DNA of 59,257 nucleotides, taken from a virus. Lineage: Duplodnaviria > Caudoviricetes. Location: the IMG/VR virus record IMGVR_UViG_3300046169_000050, positions 1 to 59,257 of that record. One strand, 5' to 3'. This document shows, in pieces, positions 56,436 through 59,257 of this stretch. Every line of letters starts with the position of its first letter. The stretch's first letter is position 1. The translations under genes and the position numbers were made by a program. The notes below the pieces were generated by a model. That model was not told the DNA's origin and ran no database searches. It was given only the letters and a program-made list of their open reading frames with translations.

Positions 56436-56809
56436 TAGTCGAAGTCGCTCCTTACTTTGAGCTTGATTAGGTCGTTGACAGTCTGCTTCCCGCCACCGGC
56501 GAACGTGATTTCGAGTTCAGCCTCGAAAGTGCCAGCTGCGTCTAGAGTGCCTTCAGGGAAATCAGTCGCTACCTTGCCGCCTGTTGCATCTGTGACAGAA
56601 CAAGTCAAAGTGCTCTTTACAGAAGTACTGCCAAGCTCACGGATGCGCAGAATCACCGAAGCACCCGTCAAATCAATAGGTGCCCACGTCGCGTCATTGT
56701 TCTGGTCAAGGGTCAATCCGGTGGCCGCTGTGTTGCTGTCCTTCAGTGTGAAAGTCAGCTCTGGCAACGTATCGCCCGTGACTAGATTGAGAGTGTCTGA
56801 ATATGCCAT
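56435..56809 (-). CDS. BppU-like baseplate upper protein
   Basis: GDT.P.L.FTL, PIDLTGA.V, AG.F.AE.EI.F..G..QTV. Confidence 0.75.
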   Translation of the reverse strand: MAYSDTLNLVTGDTLPELTFTLKDSNTAATGLTLDQNNDATWAPIDLTGASVILRIRELGSTSVKSTLTCSVTDATGGKVATDFPEGTLDAAGTFEAELEITFAGGGKQTVNDLIKLKVRSDFD

Positions 56810-56836
56810 TTTTGCTCCCTACCTAACGAGGCAGTA

Positions 56837-56853
56837 TATTAGTATTGCTAATA
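56837..56853. promoter_or_regulatory. 17-bp palindromic operator upstream of the tail operon
   Basis: TATTAGTATTGCTAATA, intergenic. Confidence 0.75.
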
Positions 56854-56865
56854 AATTTACACCCA

Positions 56866-57213
56866 CTAATAGACCCACATGACCCGGTTATCAGGCCTGA
56901 TGTCTACGTGGACAAACGATTTGGCGATACCGATGCCATTGAAGCAGCCCATCTTCAGTGCTTCGTGGACGATATTCATGCGCTCGAAGCCATTAGAGAC
57001 AGCTATGTCGCAGGCGATACCTTCGGTATGCCGCCCCGGACGTGCTTTTTTGGCCTCTATGCTGTGAGATTTACTCCTGTAACCACTGGTGACAGTGAAG
57101 GCAAAGCCGCACTTCTCCCGCAGCTCGTCCAGTTTATGGATGAACTCCTCAGACATCTCGTTCTCGCCAGTCTCTTGGCAGTCAAATTCTTCCATGCTGA
57201 AATACTTAAACAT
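56866..57213 (-). CDS. Endolysin, peptidase M15A family
   Basis: F...EFDC, LD.LR, TSGYR, H..G.A.DI, FVHVDIR. Confidence 0.9.
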   Translation of the reverse strand: MFKYFSMEEFDCQETGENEMSEEFIHKLDELREKCGFAFTVTSGYRSKSHSIEAKKARPGRHTEGIACDIAVSNGFERMNIVHEALKMGCFNGIGIAKSFVHVDIRPDNRVMWVY

Positions 57214-57588
57214 CACTTCTTCCTTAAGTTCATTAACTTATCAGCGCCTCGAATACCGAAGCTCGCGCTCACTGCTAAAAACAATAAGTACTGGTACCAC
57301 TCCGGCAAGGTATTGAGAGCAGCGAAAGGCCAAATCGACGCGCTCGATCACAGCCACGTCGTCCATTGCTATGGCGTAGCCGATCATGAAGACTGGAGCC
57401 GCTAGTACAAGGGTCCAGAATTCGTCTTTCCAGCTCGATGACGACGCATCAGCCATCTTGGACTCCCACTCAGCGCCGTTAGCGATGACCTGCATCTTGG
57501 CTTGGTGGCGTAGCTTCTTCTCTTCTGCCTTGTTTTGCAGGTAACCAGAAGCGAGATCGGCGACTGGTCCTAGTAACATTTTCAGCAT
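57213..57588 (-). pseudogene. Holin with apparent +1 frameshift (probably a sequence error)
   Basis: SWKDEFWT..L..P motif; removing one T at 57325-57327 restores ...AFAALNTLPEWYQYLLFLAVSASFGIRGADKLMNLRKK, whose stop overlaps the endolysin ATG. Confidence 0.7.
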
Positions 57589-57596
57589 AGTGCCTC

Positions 57597-59257
57597 CTAC
57601 AGCTGGTTGTAGATCGGAACAATCCGATCCTTCAGTGTCTTACTGACGTTGAAACCGTTCTCCAAAGCTGTGTCGATAGTCTCAGCAGTTGGGCCTAAGA
57701 ACGGCAAGGCCGCTCCCGGTATAACGTAGCCTGTACCCCACTCGATGTTCTGGTGTGACATTGCTCCTAGCGTTAGCGGACCTAAGAAACCAGACCGATC
57801 AATGATCTCGCCTGCGTACTCAGGCCAGTCCATACGGTCAGAACGGAAGTACTTATCAGATGCGTCTACGCCGGGTAGGAGCCATGCCAGACCGTTCTTT
57901 GCGTATTCACGCAGCTCCATTGCGAGCATAGCCAGAGGCATTGTTGCGACCGCTGTCAGGGCAAAAACCGCTGCAGTAGCTGTCAGGTTTGCTAAAGGGT
58001 CATCTGTCTCTTTACTACGGCTTTTCGCCTCGCGCATGGCACCGCCGATGATTACTTTGTAGTAAGAGTAGAGGTAGGACTTGAGCTGCCAGATCAGTGC
58101 CCAATGTGGGTCACTAGCCCAGATAGGTCGCTCAGCCGCGTTAGGTCTAAGGATTGAAGACTCAGTAAACCGCTGTAGCCCCTGCTTTACCTTCTTCCCT
58201 TCCGGGGTGTCTAGTCGTCTCCCGCTCTTCTCCCAAGCGAGCACATCCTCTCGTGTTAGCCCCAACTCGTCTAAGTATCGCTCAGAGCGTGGGTTATCGA
58301 ACTCATTCTGGGCATGCTTGAGTATGAACCGTGTGCCCATCTGAGCGGCAAATTCGCGGGTAAACTTGGTGTAGAAGTCCAAGCCGATCATACGGAAGAA
58401 CGTATCCGACATTTGTCGAACGCGAGGGTCCATATAATCTTGCTCAGCTTGTGTAACCCAAGCGTTTGCAACGGTCTCGTGCGTAATTACGCCGAGATCG
58501 CGGGCAAACTGATTAGCCTCCTCCCGGTTAGTAATCGTCGCGCCGATCGCCTTGAACGCAGTAGTTACGTCGCTGAACTCTTTGGAGTTAATCAGTGGGC
58601 CAGCTAGTTCTGGTAATGACGCAATCGTTGCAAAAGGCAGGATTGTCACGAACTGCAGGAACTGACCATAGCTGTTTACTTTGCGCCAGAACGGGCTAAG
58701 TGGCTCACGCTGGTACCCAAGGTAGGCGCTGATAATTTCTTTCGCGACTTCTTGATCGTTGTCTTTGAGCTTGCTCAAGCGCTCTTGCAAGATGTCCTTG
58801 CCATTCGCATCCTTTGTCGCATTGTTCCACTCGACGCGCTTCACAACGTGGCGAATGTACTGCACAAACGAATCGGCTGGCGGCTGCAAGAACCCTGCTT
58901 GTTGCATAACCTCACGATCAATGTTCTTAGTAAGAAGCAGTGCTTCCTCGACGCCCGATGCAGGGTCAGTCGGGTCGATCTTGATAGGCTTATCGTCCAG
59001 TAACGACTGGTTGTAACGCTCTAAGTTTTTGACTGCACGCGTAGCAATTGTCCGATTTAGCTCTGGGTTATTAGCCAGTAGCAGATCAATGAATGCGTCA
59101 GGGTTGTCTGCTATCGCCAAGAAGTTCAGCACAACCGGGAAGTAGTTGTCCTGCTTACCGATATCCGTGTTTGAAGGCGCGATATAGTCGTCGTAGACGT
59201 TCTTATCGAGGAACTGACGTACCTTTTGCGCTAGAGGTGATAATTCCGACGTAGCTT
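57597..59257 (-). CDS. Giant internal virion protein, C-terminal part
   Basis: Frame is open to the window edge and in frame with 3739->1; F..E....P....RP.W, QLKSY, LGP motifs of podovirus large ejection proteins. Confidence 0.8.
   Translation of the reverse strand, partial: ATSELSPLAQKVRQFLDKNVYDDYIAPSNTDIGKQDNYFPVVLNFLAIADNPDAFIDLLLANNPELNRTIATRAVKNLERYNQSLLDDKPIKIDPTDPASGVEEALLLTKNIDREVMQQAGFLQPPADSFVQYIRHVVKRVEWNNATKDANGKDILQERLSKLKDNDQEVAKEIISAYLGYQREPLSPFWRKVNSYGQFLQFVTILPFATIASLPELAGPLINSKEFSDVTTAFKAIGATITNREEANQFARDLGVITHETVANAWVTQAEQDYMDPRVRQMSDTFFRMIGLDFYTKFTREFAAQMGTRFILKHAQNEFDNPRSERYLDELGLTREDVLAWEKSGRRLDTPEGKKVKQGLQRFTESSILRPNAAERPIWASDPHWALIWQLKSYLYSYYKVIIGGAMREAKSRSKETDDPLANLTATAAVFALTAVATMPLAMLAMELREYAKNGLAWLLPGVDASDKYFRSDRMDWPEYAGEIIDRSGFLGPLTLGAMSHQNIEWGTGYVIPGAALPFLGPTAETIDTALENGFNVSKTLKDRIVPIYNQL

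Noticed and set aside
1-59257. N4-like (Schitoviridae) assignment from the capsid family
   Set aside because: No virion RNA polymerase or RNAP subunit motifs recognised; genome has an integrase and sigma70-like promoters.

Overview
The window appears to be a complete, circularly permuted ~59.3-kb temperate tailed-phage genome: one minus-strand gene reads in frame across the 1/59257 junction (3739->1 joined to 59257->57597, 5400 nt). There are two divergent arms. The plus-strand early/replication arm (18040-35855) carries an iteron-type origin candidate, small early genes, a MoxR AAA/VWA-peptidase pair, SutA-like and CsrA-like regulators, PolA (Leu762), a primase-helicase, an exonuclease, a SNF2 helicase, an SSB candidate, a VRR-NUC nuclease, a lambda-CI-like HTH repressor, an attP resembling a tRNA-Ser 3' end and a tyrosine integrase. 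The minus-strand late arm carries an HNH nuclease, terminase, podovirus-type portal, scaffold, a cluster of tiny basic proteins, an N4-gp56-type major capsid protein, adaptors, ejection proteins, lysis genes, tail fibres, DUF3310 and excisionase. The most notable signals not explained by gene calls are: (1) a 17-bp palindrome TATTAG-Y-NNN-R-CTAATA at 13 dispersed sites, mostly at operon starts on both arms; (2) a ~215-nt structured capsid-gene leader with tandem compact pseudoknot-like units and a loop complementary to the capsid Shine-Dalgarno; (3) six Lys/Arg-rich micro-proteins directly upstream of it, most missed or mis-called by the ORF track, plus a paralog 25 kb away; (4) nucleotide-conserved junction motifs between tail-fibre modules. 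All family assignments come from motif recognition by eye; no database searches were run. A marine gammaproteobacterial host is an inference only.
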